This document shows, piece by piece, positions 8,259 to 15,911 of a DNA stretch of 40,937 nucleotides. The translations under genes were made by a program, and so were the position numbers. The notes beneath the pieces were generated by a model that searched no databases, had not been told where the DNA came from, and saw only the letters and a program-made list of their open reading frames with translations. Within the stretch, counting starts at the first letter, position 1. Each line of letters opens with the position of its first letter. The stretch is from an uncultured Syntrophomonas sp. (GTDB lineage Bacteria; Bacillota; Syntrophomonadia; Syntrophomonadales; Syntrophomonadaceae): NCBI GenBank assembly GCA_964619655.1, contig CAZUFR010000001.1, forward strand, positions 1 through 40,937. The letters are read 5' to 3'.

Positions 8259-8281
8259 CATGTTACCCGGTTGTATCCAAA

Positions 8282-8587
8282 CTACCCAATGCGTCGACCT
8301 GTAGCTATTACCTCTTTAACAAAAGGATTATCTTTTCTCAGAGGGTGAGGTTCTATTCGGGTATCAACCTTTCTTCGAATCCTCATTAATTTCAAGGTAT
8401 CCTCAATAATATCTCCCGAAAAATCATCCGTAACTATTGCTATGTCTATATCGCTATCCTGATCATGGTTTCCATTAACGAAAGAGCCAAATAAATAGAT
8501 CGCTTCTACGTTCATTTCTTCTTTGACCAGATCCGCATATTTTTTCGCAATAGCAGTTATCTCTTCTCCAATACTTCCAGAAGCCAC
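8282..8587 (-). CDS. Minimal nucleotidyltransferase (MNT/MntA-like), no HEPN partner adjacent
   Basis: 101 aa with the Pol-beta NTase signature LFGSFVNGNHDQDSDIDIAIV. Confidence 0.8.
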   Translation of the reverse strand: MASGSIGEEITAIAKKYADLVKEEMNVEAIYLFGSFVNGNHDQDSDIDIAIVTDDFSGDIIEDTLKLMRIRRKVDTRIEPHPLRKDNPFVKEVIATGRRIG

Positions 8588-8714
8588 GTCCTCAACTCCT
8601 TAATAGTCGTCAAGTTTTCTTCCGTAAACGCCGGAGAACACTTTTGGTAGAAACTATGTTTGTAATCGGGATATCGAGCTAGAATAATGCAAACCCATTT
8701 ATTTGCGTAAAAAT

Positions 8715-8743
8715 AGTATACACTATATGGTTATATATGGCAA
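8715..8743 (-). promoter_or_regulatory. Putative sigma-A promoter for the MNT gene (TTGCCA-17-TATACT with TG extension)
   Basis: Read on the minus strand: -35 at 8738-8743 and -10 at 8715-8720, with a 17-nt spacer. Confidence 0.35.
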
Positions 8744-8793
8744 TTGCCGTTAAAGTCCTTTCCTTCGCTTTTTCAGGTATATAAACTCTGTAA

Positions 8794-8818
8794 ATAAAAA
8801 AAGGGCCTATAGCCCTTT
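8794..8818 (-). terminator. Rho-independent terminator of selC (AAAGGGC tatag GCCCTTT + T-run)
   Basis: The hairpin starts 12 nt after the tRNA CCA end and is followed by TTTTTATTT on the minus strand. Confidence 0.8.
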
Positions 8819-8829
8819 AGTATCTTATT

Positions 8830-8928
8830 TGGCGGAAGCGTGTGGGAATCGAACCCACCCACCGCAGGATCACTACGGCGCAAACTGGATTTGAAGTCCA
8901 GGCGACCCACCAGGACCGATCCGCTTCC
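8830..8928 (-). tRNA. selC: tRNA-Sec (anticodon UCA), CCA encoded
   Basis: The minus-strand 99-nt sequence is GGAAGCGGATCGGTCCTGGTGGGTCGCCTGGACTTCAAATCCAGTTTGCGCCGTAGTGATCCTGCGGTGGGTGGGTTCGATTCCCACACGCTTCCGCCA. The anticodon arm CUGGA-CUUCAAA-UCCAG is identical to E. coli selC. It has a long variable arm, a GTTCGATTC T-loop, and a GGAAG...CTTCC-G-CCA acceptor. Confidence 0.95.
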
Positions 8929-8953
8929 ACTATGATTATTGCCCGCGATAATG

Positions 8954-8982
8954 AGTATATATTCCTTTGCGATAAATGTCAA
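8954..8982 (-). promoter_or_regulatory. Canonical sigma-A promoter for selC (TTGACA-17-TATACT)
   Basis: Minus strand: -35 TTGACA at 8977-8982 and -10 TATACT at 8954-8959, with an exact 17-nt spacer. The -10 hexamer ends 25 nt upstream of the mature 5' end. Confidence 0.7.
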
Positions 8983-9107
8983 TTTTCGCGGTTTCGGACC
9001 CGAGTACTCAACCCAAAGCTTAAAGGTTTTTTTCATACTAGTCAGGGTTGTTAGTTTCTAGTAAGGGTCATTTACAAGACAGTTTTGTTAATACCGCCTA
9101 TTTCTTA

Positions 9108-9767
9108 CTAATCATTCCCATCTCGAACTATGACTGACTCTACCTCATAGCCTTTATCTTTTAATTCTGCTACTACCGGTTCATAGTTTATTTCTTCAAT
9201 TCGCAGAATCATTTTGTATTTACCTTTTCTCTTTTCGTAATATACTACCGTATTTATTGTATTAATACCCCGGGCAGCAACTAAACCGGTAACTTCTGCT
9301 AAACTGCCGGGTGGGTCCTTAAGAAAGATATCTATACGGGTATGTTGTCTTCTAACCCCCAATATATCAATGAGAGCGTCAAAAATATCGGTTTCCGTTA
9401 CGATGCCTACCAGTTTGCCGTCTTCTACCACGGGTAAACCGCTGATGGTGTTTTCCCGCATGATTTTAGCAGCTGTTTCAATATAGTTTTCCGGGCCAAT
9501 AGTAATTAACTTCTGTTTTTTAGGGATGATATCCCGGATCTTAGTCTTGGCCAGTAAATAGTTAAGCTCATGAATACTGAGCGAGGTAGCTGATGAGGGC
9601 GAGGCCTGGTTAAGGTCAGTTAAGGTTACAATTCCCGCCAGTTTACCTTTATCCATTACCGGTAAGCGGCGAATGTTATTATCCTTCATTAAACGAAAAG
9701 CCTCGGTAATGCTACTTTCCATGTCTACGGTCTTAACACCGGTAGCCATACGGTCTCTTACCTTCAT
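9108..9767 (-). CDS. CBS-pair + ACT domain protein (AcuB-like)
   Basis: Two CBS repeats (...RLPVMDKGKLAGIVTLTDL... and ...GLPVVEDGKLVGIVTETDI...) and a C-terminal ACT-like segment. ATG 9767 lies behind GGAAGGGGG. Confidence 0.8.
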   Translation of the reverse strand: MKVRDRMATGVKTVDMESSITEAFRLMKDNNIRRLPVMDKGKLAGIVTLTDLNQASPSSATSLSIHELNYLLAKTKIRDIIPKKQKLITIGPENYIETAAKIMRENTISGLPVVEDGKLVGIVTETDIFDALIDILGVRRQHTRIDIFLKDPPGSLAEVTGLVAARGINTINTVVYYEKRKGKYKMILRIEEINYEPVVAELKDKGYEVESVIVRDGND

Positions 9768-9811
9768 TAATAATCCCCCTTCCGTTAATCGGTTCACAGG
9801 CCTAAAGAGAA

Positions 9812-9839
9812 CCCTAACCCCTTACCCCTCACTCTAGAC
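9812..9839 (+). repeat. Heptamer array CCCTAAC CCCTTAC CCCTCAC TCTAGAC upstream of the CBS gene
   Basis: Four in-register 7-nt units. Confidence 0.65.
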
Positions 9840-10035
9840 AACTAATCAATCTCTCAATTCGAAGTTATTTACAACACAACTTCGTTATCAGCACCTATTT
9901 CATATTAACCCGTCATGTCTGGCAGACGCAACCATGCATGAAAATAGCAGTTGGGGTTGCGTTTAAGTGTAATAAAGAGAAATGCGTAAGCAACCTTAAT
10001 TGTGAACGATAGTTCACATTGTAGTACCCGTAGGG

Positions 10036-10150
10036 TGCATTTCCACAATAATTCAAAATTCAAAATTCTTAATTAACCACGCTAATTGGGTTACCACTGC
10101 ACTTTGCTATACCTATAATGTCTGCTACCAGCACCCTATTTTCTTATTAT
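10036..10150 (+). repeat. Dispersed ~110-bp repeat, copy A (contains ATTCAAA ATTCAAA ATTCTTA heptamers)
   Basis: About 88% identical by eye to 32991-33098 in the same orientation. It ends at the livF stop codon. Confidence 0.8.
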
Positions 10151-10851
10151 CCTCCCAGATAAGCCTTTTTAACTTCAGGACTATTCATTAACTCCTGGGC
10201 ATTGCCCTGTAAAACAATTTCACCGGTTTCTATAACATAGGCTTTATCTGCTATAGATAGAGCCATGTTGGCGTTTTGCTCTACCAGCAATATGGTAGTT
10301 CCCCGTTCATTTATATCTTTAATAATGGAAAATATTTCTTTTACTAAAAGGGGTGCCAGCCCCATGGAAGGTTCATCCATTAGCATGAGCTGAGGCCTGG
10401 CCATCAAAGCCCGGCCAATTGCTAGCATCTGCTGCTCTCCACCACTCAAGGTGCCGGCTAACTGTTTACGTCTTTCTTTCAGGCGGGGAAAACGAGTAAA
10501 GATGTTTTTCATATCTTCTTCTGTACCCTTTTTATCTTTACGCAGGTAAGCTCCCATTTCCAGGTTTTCCATAACGGACATGGTAGAAAATACCCGACGC
10601 CCCTCCGGTACCTGGGATATGCCCAGACCCACAATTTTCTCCGGAGCAACCTTACTAATATCAGTATCTTTGAATATTATGCTGCCGCTTTTAGGTCGCA
10701 GTAACCCGGATATGCTTTTTAAGGTAGTGGTTTTGCCAGCCCCGTTAGCGCCTATTAAAGATACAATACTACCCTGCTCAACTTCCAGGGATAGTTTTTT
10801 AAGAGCGTGAATGGCCCCATAATAAACATCGATTTCCTTTACCTGTAGCAT
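10147..10851 (-). CDS. livF: Branched-chain amino acid ABC transporter ATP-binding protein LivF
   Basis: Walker A GANGAGKTT, signature LSGGEQQMLAIGRAL, Walker B LMLMDEP. Last gene of a liv-type operon, with a TAATG overlap with livG. Confidence 0.9.
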   Translation of the reverse strand: MLQVKEIDVYYGAIHALKKLSLEVEQGSIVSLIGANGAGKTTTLKSISGLLRPKSGSIIFKDTDISKVAPEKIVGLGISQVPEGRRVFSTMSVMENLEMGAYLRKDKKGTEEDMKNIFTRFPRLKERRKQLAGTLSGGEQQMLAIGRALMARPQLMLMDEPSMGLAPLLVKEIFSIIKDINERGTTILLVEQNANMALSIADKAYVIETGEIVLQGNAQELMNSPEVKKAYLGG

Positions 10852-11618
10852 TACCCTACCTCCTCTCCCAGATAAGCTTCTATTACCCGCTTGTTATTGC
10901 GAATTTCTTCTGGTATGCCTTCAGCTATAATTTGGCCGTAATCAAGTACATAAATGCGCTCACAAACTCCCATAACCAGTGACATATCATGCTCTATCAA
11001 TAGAATAGTAAGGTTAAACTCGTCTCTAATCCAGTTGATAAGCTCCATTAATTCCCTGGTCTCATTGGGGTTCATGCCGGCTGCCGGTTCATCTAAAATT
11101 AAGAGGGTAGGCCGGGTAGCCAGAGCCCGGGCAATTTCCAGACGCCTCTGCTCACCATAGGGCAGGCTGGAGGCTATTTCATCCTTAATTGTGTCCAGCC
11201 CAAATATCTTCAAGTATTCCAGGGCTTGCTGGTGCATCTTTTCCTCACCTCGGAAAAAAGATGGCAGTCTCAATACAGAAGCTGATAAACTATACGGAAC
11301 ATCTGTATGCAAAGCAATTTTCACATTGTCCAGGACGCTTAAATCATTAAACAACCGAATATTTTGAAAGGTGCGGGCTATTCCTTTTTTACATATATCA
11401 TAGGGAGGTAGTCCGGTTATGTCTTTTCCCTGCAGGCATATTTTGCCCTGGTCCGGTTTATAAACCCCGGTAATCAAGTTAAACACGGTCGTTTTACCGG
11501 CTCCATTGGGACCAATGAGGCCTACCAGTTCTTGTTCGGCGATAGTAAAATCGAAATCTAATACTGCGCTTAACCCGCCAAATGATTTGCTCAAGTTATT
11601 TATTTGTAGATGAGACAT
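10851..11618 (-). CDS. livG: Branched-chain amino acid ABC transporter ATP-binding protein LivG
   Basis: Walker A GPNGAGKTT, signature LPYGEQRRLEIARAL, LILDEPAAG. ATG 11618 lies behind GGGGTGG. Confidence 0.9.
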   Translation of the reverse strand: MSHLQINNLSKSFGGLSAVLDFDFTIAEQELVGLIGPNGAGKTTVFNLITGVYKPDQGKICLQGKDITGLPPYDICKKGIARTFQNIRLFNDLSVLDNVKIALHTDVPYSLSASVLRLPSFFRGEEKMHQQALEYLKIFGLDTIKDEIASSLPYGEQRRLEIARALATRPTLLILDEPAAGMNPNETRELMELINWIRDEFNLTILLIEHDMSLVMGVCERIYVLDYGQIIAEGIPEEIRNNKRVIEAYLGEEVG

Positions 11619-12564
11619 GTTTTCCACCCCAAATCCTGTTAAAGCTATTACGGGTCAGTTCCTTATTACCCAGCAAACCCTGAGGCCGGTATATCATGAC
11701 AATAATTAGTATCAGGGCGTAAATAATCATTCTAACCGCTGCGTATTCCTGCAGGAAGGCATTTAACACGGTTATAAATATAGCAGCTATAACTGCTCCA
11801 GTAGTACTACCCAGTCCGCCCAGAACTACCATTACCAATATGTCAAACGATTTTAGGAAGTTAAAGGTCTCCGGTTTGACAATATAAAAATAGTGAGCAT
11901 ATAAAGCTCCTGCCAGACCGGCAAAAGCCGCCCCCACTACAAAAGCCAGAACCTTGTATTTGGTAGTATTAATACCCATTACTTCTGCGGCTACTTCATC
12001 TTCCCGCACTGATATAATGGCTCTGCCGTAGCTGGAGTTAATCATATTGACTATAACTACTATGGTTACCACCACAGCTATAAATAGAACCGGCCAGGTA
12101 GTCATTTTAGCGATACCGCTAATTCCTGCCGGACCTCCGGTATAATCTATATTTTGCAGGACTACCCGGATTATCTCTCCAAATCCCAGGGTAGCAATGG
12201 CCAGGTAATCTCCTTTTAATCTTAATGTAGGTACTCCAATTATAAATCCCGCCAGAGCTGCGGCCAGCATAGCAATAATAATACCTATTATAAAGGGATA
12301 ATCCAGCAGAGTAGTCATTATTACCGAGGCAAAAGCGCCTATAGCCATAAATCCGGCATGTCCCAGGGACAACTGTCCGGTAAATCCATTAATCAGGTTA
12401 AGACTTACTGCCAGTATAATATTTATCCCCATCAAGGTAAGGTTAATCTGATAGTAGCGGTTTAATATTCCTACCGTAATCAGGTATTGTACCAGGGTAA
12501 ACAGAGCTACCAGAAAAATAACCTCTAATATGAACTTACCCCAGGTGCGTTTTTTATCTTCCAT
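11596..12564 (-). CDS. livM: Branched-chain amino acid ABC transporter permease LivM
   Basis: Polytopic permease between livH and livG. ATG 12564 lies 9 nt after the livH stop, behind AGGTGA. Confidence 0.85.
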   Translation of the reverse strand: MEDKKRTWGKFILEVIFLVALFTLVQYLITVGILNRYYQINLTLMGINIILAVSLNLINGFTGQLSLGHAGFMAIGAFASVIMTTLLDYPFIIGIIIAMLAAALAGFIIGVPTLRLKGDYLAIATLGFGEIIRVVLQNIDYTGGPAGISGIAKMTTWPVLFIAVVVTIVVIVNMINSSYGRAIISVREDEVAAEVMGINTTKYKVLAFVVGAAFAGLAGALYAHYFYIVKPETFNFLKSFDILVMVVLGGLGSTTGAVIAAIFITVLNAFLQEYAAVRMIIYALILIIVMIYRPQGLLGNKELTRNSFNRIWGGKHVSSTNK

Positions 12565-12573
12565 AGCTCTCAC

Positions 12574-13467
12574 CTACACTTTTTCCCCGGTATTCTTGCC
12601 AAATAAACCGGTCGGTTTTATAAGTAATATCAGGATCAACACCCCAAATGCCACGGCGTCGCGGTACATACTGCTCCAATAACCGCTAACCAGGGTTTCC
12701 AAAATCCCCATTAAAAAGCCGCCTACCATGGCTCCAGGTATTAACCCGATGCCACCCAGTACGGCAGCCACAAAAGCCTTTAGACCTGGTATTATCCCCA
12801 TCAGGGGGTTTATAGCGTTGTAATAAAGACCAATCATAACCCCTGCAGCTGCTGCCAGGGCTGAGCCGATGGCAAAGGTGATGGATACGATATTATCCAC
12901 ACTGATACCCATGAGTACGGCAGCTTCTTTATCCAGAGATACTGCCCGCATGGCTTTTCCGGTTTTCGTTCTTTTAATAATATACTGCAGGATTATCATC
13001 ATAATAACGGCTGATACAATAATAAAAATGTCTTTATTGGAAATAACCAGGCCGGCTATTTCATATTTATGCATTGGAAAGGCACTGGCCGGATAAACCC
13101 GCTGCTGAGCAGTTAAAAAATACAGGGTTACGTATTCTAGAAATAGCGACATCCCTATAGCTGTAATTAAAGCCGCTATACGGGTCGAGTTACGCAAAGG
13201 CCGGTAGGCCACTTTCTCAATTACCACTCCCAGGAGGGCACAGGTAACCATAGCAAAAATCATTGCTACAATAATGTTACTGCCTAAAAAAGATATAGAA
13301 AAAAACCCTACATAGGCTCCTACCATCATAATATCGCCGTGAGCAAAGTTTATTAACAGTATTATTCCGTATACCATGGTATAGCCTAGAGCAATTAGCG
13401 CATAAATAGCTCCCAGCGATAGTCCGTTAATTAATTGTTGTGTAAATTCGAGCAAATAGAGACACAT
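12574..13467 (-). CDS. livH: Branched-chain amino acid ABC transporter permease LivH
   Basis: 297-aa polytopic protein with the N-terminal QQLINGLSLGAIYALIALGYTMVYG motif typical of LivH. Confidence 0.88.
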   Translation of the reverse strand: MCLYLLEFTQQLINGLSLGAIYALIALGYTMVYGIILLINFAHGDIMMVGAYVGFFSISFLGSNIIVAMIFAMVTCALLGVVIEKVAYRPLRNSTRIAALITAIGMSLFLEYVTLYFLTAQQRVYPASAFPMHKYEIAGLVISNKDIFIIVSAVIMMIILQYIIKRTKTGKAMRAVSLDKEAAVLMGISVDNIVSITFAIGSALAAAAGVMIGLYYNAINPLMGIIPGLKAFVAAVLGGIGLIPGAMVGGFLMGILETLVSGYWSSMYRDAVAFGVLILILLIKPTGLFGKNTGEKV

Positions 13468-13522
13468 CCTTTGATTCAGGATAAAGAGAGGGTTGCCCCT
13501 CCCTTTACCTGTCCTTACCGGG

Positions 13523-14707
13523 TTATCTGGATACTAATTTCCCATCCTTGTATTCTATAATCACTATGTTTTTAATCGGGTTATGCTGTTCGTCGATACT
13601 CATAGTTCCGGTAATCCCTGCGAAATCCTTGGTTTGTTCCAGGGCTTCTTTAATCTTAACCGGGTCTGTTGATCCTGCCCGGGTAATAGCATCAGCCAAT
13701 AATTTTACGGCATCATAGCCCAGAGCAGCAAAGGAATCTGGAGCCTTTTTATGCTTGGCCTCATAAGCCTTAACGAAAGACTGGATAGCGGGATTAGGAT
13801 CCTCAACCGAATAGTGGTTGGTAAAATAAGTATCGTTAAGCGCTTCAGCACCGGCTACTTTAACCATGTCCGGAGAATCCCAGCCGTCACCGCCACCGAT
13901 AGGAACAGTTATACCTAATTCACGCGCCTGTTTAATAAGCACCGAAACTTCCGTATAATATCCGGGTACATAGATAAACTCAGGATTTTTACCCCTTATC
14001 TTGGTCAGGGTACCCCGGAATTCCTTATCCAAGTTCATGAAACCTTCTTCAGCTACTATAGTACCACCTTTGGCCTCGAATTCTTCTTTGAAATATTTGG
14101 CTAAACCTTTGGCGTAATCATCCGAGGTACTGCCAAAAATAGCCGCTTTCTTAACCTTCAACGTATTTAGGGCAAAATCAGCCATCCTTACGCCCTGGTC
14201 CGAATCGCGGTAGCATACCCGGAAAATGTAGTCTCTAACCTTGCCGGTTTTTTCATCAACCGTTACTTTGTTGGCCGTTGCTGCCGGAGCAATCAGAGGA
14301 ATCTGATTTTCCATCATTACTGAGGTGCTTCCTTCTACCGTACCACTGGTAAGGGGACCAATCTGGGCAACCATGCCTTCATCTGCCAAAGCTGCGCTGA
14401 CGTTCATGGCTTCATCAGTTTTTGATTGGCAGTCTCTTACCAGAGGCTCTAATTGTTTACCTAATACTCCACCTGCTTTATTAATTTCATCGATAGCTAT
14501 CAGAGCACCATTTCTGGAGTTATCTCCATAACTGGCAACCGGGCCGGAGAGTTCACAGTTAATCCCAACCTTGATGGTGTCTTCGCCGGCAGCCTTATCT
14601 CCGTCTGATGTGTTCGCAGTCCCACCACCACAACCGGCTACTACTGAGAGCATAAAAACTGCCAGTACTAGCAGGGCGCTTTTTTTAGCCCACTTTTTAT
14701 TCAGCAC
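13523..14707 (-). CDS. livJ: Branched-chain amino acid ABC substrate-binding lipoprotein (LivJ/K-like)
   Basis: Signal peptide with lipobox VVAGCGG, a periplasmic-binding-protein type I fold pattern, and first position in the liv operon. Confidence 0.88.
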   Translation of the reverse strand: MLNKKWAKKSALLVLAVFMLSVVAGCGGGTANTSDGDKAAGEDTIKVGINCELSGPVASYGDNSRNGALIAIDEINKAGGVLGKQLEPLVRDCQSKTDEAMNVSAALADEGMVAQIGPLTSGTVEGSTSVMMENQIPLIAPAATANKVTVDEKTGKVRDYIFRVCYRDSDQGVRMADFALNTLKVKKAAIFGSTSDDYAKGLAKYFKEEFEAKGGTIVAEEGFMNLDKEFRGTLTKIRGKNPEFIYVPGYYTEVSVLIKQARELGITVPIGGGDGWDSPDMVKVAGAEALNDTYFTNHYSVEDPNPAIQSFVKAYEAKHKKAPDSFAALGYDAVKLLADAITRAGSTDPVKIKEALEQTKDFAGITGTMSIDEQHNPIKNIVIIEYKDGKLVSR

Positions 14708-14948
14708 TTTACATCCTCCTTTTTCAACACTAATATTAATGCGGTTTTCTAAAATGGTTTAAAGCATGGAAAACTTACCGCTAGCTTCCCTGTCCGTACC
14801 TCCCCCCCCTTTGCCAAAGCAACGTTTACATATTTCCCTTTATTATTGCACTTTTTTACTTCCCTGCCTACAAGAAAAATTTATAATTCTAATAAAACAA
14901 CAATCCATAGGAGCATACAAATGTGTTTCAAATCCCTGTTTTTCGCCA

Positions 14949-15911
14949 TTACATAGCATGCAGTTCCCACTTACCGCAGCGATCTCCCCAGCGGGCCAGT
15001 AATTCACTGTTTTCATAGAATTGTACCACTTCACAAGCATTAGAGCAGCCTTTACATTCGAAGCTGCTGGTTTTAAAATTTATCTCCTGAATGTTAAAGC
15101 CCTTAAATGAGGTCTTCCCTTTTTTACGGCTGGCGTCCCGGGCTAGTATGGCTGCTCCTATGGCACCCATTACCCCGTAGTACTGGGGAACTATAACCTC
15201 CAGCCCCAAGTACTTATTAAAGGCTTGTACCAACCCTTGATTGGCTGCTACCCCACCCTGGAACATTACCGGGGCCAAAATTTCCTTACCTTTACCTACA
15301 TTGTTCATATAATTCCTAACCAGGGCTTCACAAAGTCCGGCAATTATATCTTCCGTATTATATCCCAACTGCTGTTTATGAACCATATCGGACTCGGCAA
15401 ATACGGCACAGCGCCCGGCAATTCTTACCGGGTTTTTAGCTTTTAGCGCATAATTGCCAAATTCCTCAATGGAAACAAGAAGACGACCGGCCTGTTGGTC
15501 CAGAAAGGAGCCGGTTCCGGCAGCACATACCGTATTCATGGCAAAATCAGTAACTACCCCTTCACGTAGTATTATGATTTTGGAATCCTGCCCGCCAATC
15601 TCAATTATAGTTTTTACATCTTCGGTCAGGGCAGAAGATGCTATGGCATGAGCCGTAATCTCGTTTTTAACAATATCTGCCCCTACAATCAGGCTGGTCA
15701 AATAACGTGCACTCCCGGTGGTAGCCGCACCAGCTATCTGCACATCTGCAGGCAGTTCCTGACCTATGGCATGTAATCCTTCTTGAACTGTTTGTATAGG
15801 CTTGCCATTGGTACGCAGGTATTGCTCCACCAGCAATTGATTTTGGTCATCAATTACTACCAGGTTAGTACTTACCGAACCTACGTCTACTCCCAGGTAT
15901 CCCTTAATCAT
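14949..15911 (-). CDS. BadF/BadG/BcrA/BcrD (HgdC-type) ATPase, CoA-substrate-specific enzyme activase family
   Basis: ASKHA phosphate-1 motif LGVDVGSVSTNLVV, then GGQDSK, and a C-terminal Cys cluster CKGCSNAC...CGKW. ATGA overlap with the upstream gene. Confidence 0.8.
   Translation of the reverse strand: MIKGYLGVDVGSVSTNLVVIDDQNQLLVEQYLRTNGKPIQTVQEGLHAIGQELPADVQIAGAATTGSARYLTSLIVGADIVKNEITAHAIASSALTEDVKTIIEIGGQDSKIIILREGVVTDFAMNTVCAAGTGSFLDQQAGRLLVSIEEFGNYALKAKNPVRIAGRCAVFAESDMVHKQQLGYNTEDIIAGLCEALVRNYMNNVGKGKEILAPVMFQGGVAANQGLVQAFNKYLGLEVIVPQYYGVMGAIGAAILARDASRKKGKTSFKGFNIQEINFKTSSFECKGCSNACEVVQFYENSELLARWGDRCGKWELHAM

Noticed and set aside
4966-8928. Active integrative element or prophage at selC
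   Set aside because: There is no integrase, excisionase, or any phage or conjugation gene in the interval. Only a decayed att-like repeat remains, so it is reported as a remnant islet, not a mobile element.
8773-9054. ORFs 8773-9036(-) and 8842-9054(+) from the six-frame track
   Set aside because: They are translations across the tRNA-Sec gene and its promoter. They have no Shine-Dalgarno and no protein-like composition, and the tRNA call fully explains the region.
161-9839. Telomere-like CCCTAAC/TTAGGG strings and possible G-quadruplexes on the G-rich strand
   Set aside because: No array offers four G3+ tracts with short loops, and the best candidates need 8-12-nt loops. The telomere resemblance is most simply a coincidence of the heptamer unit.
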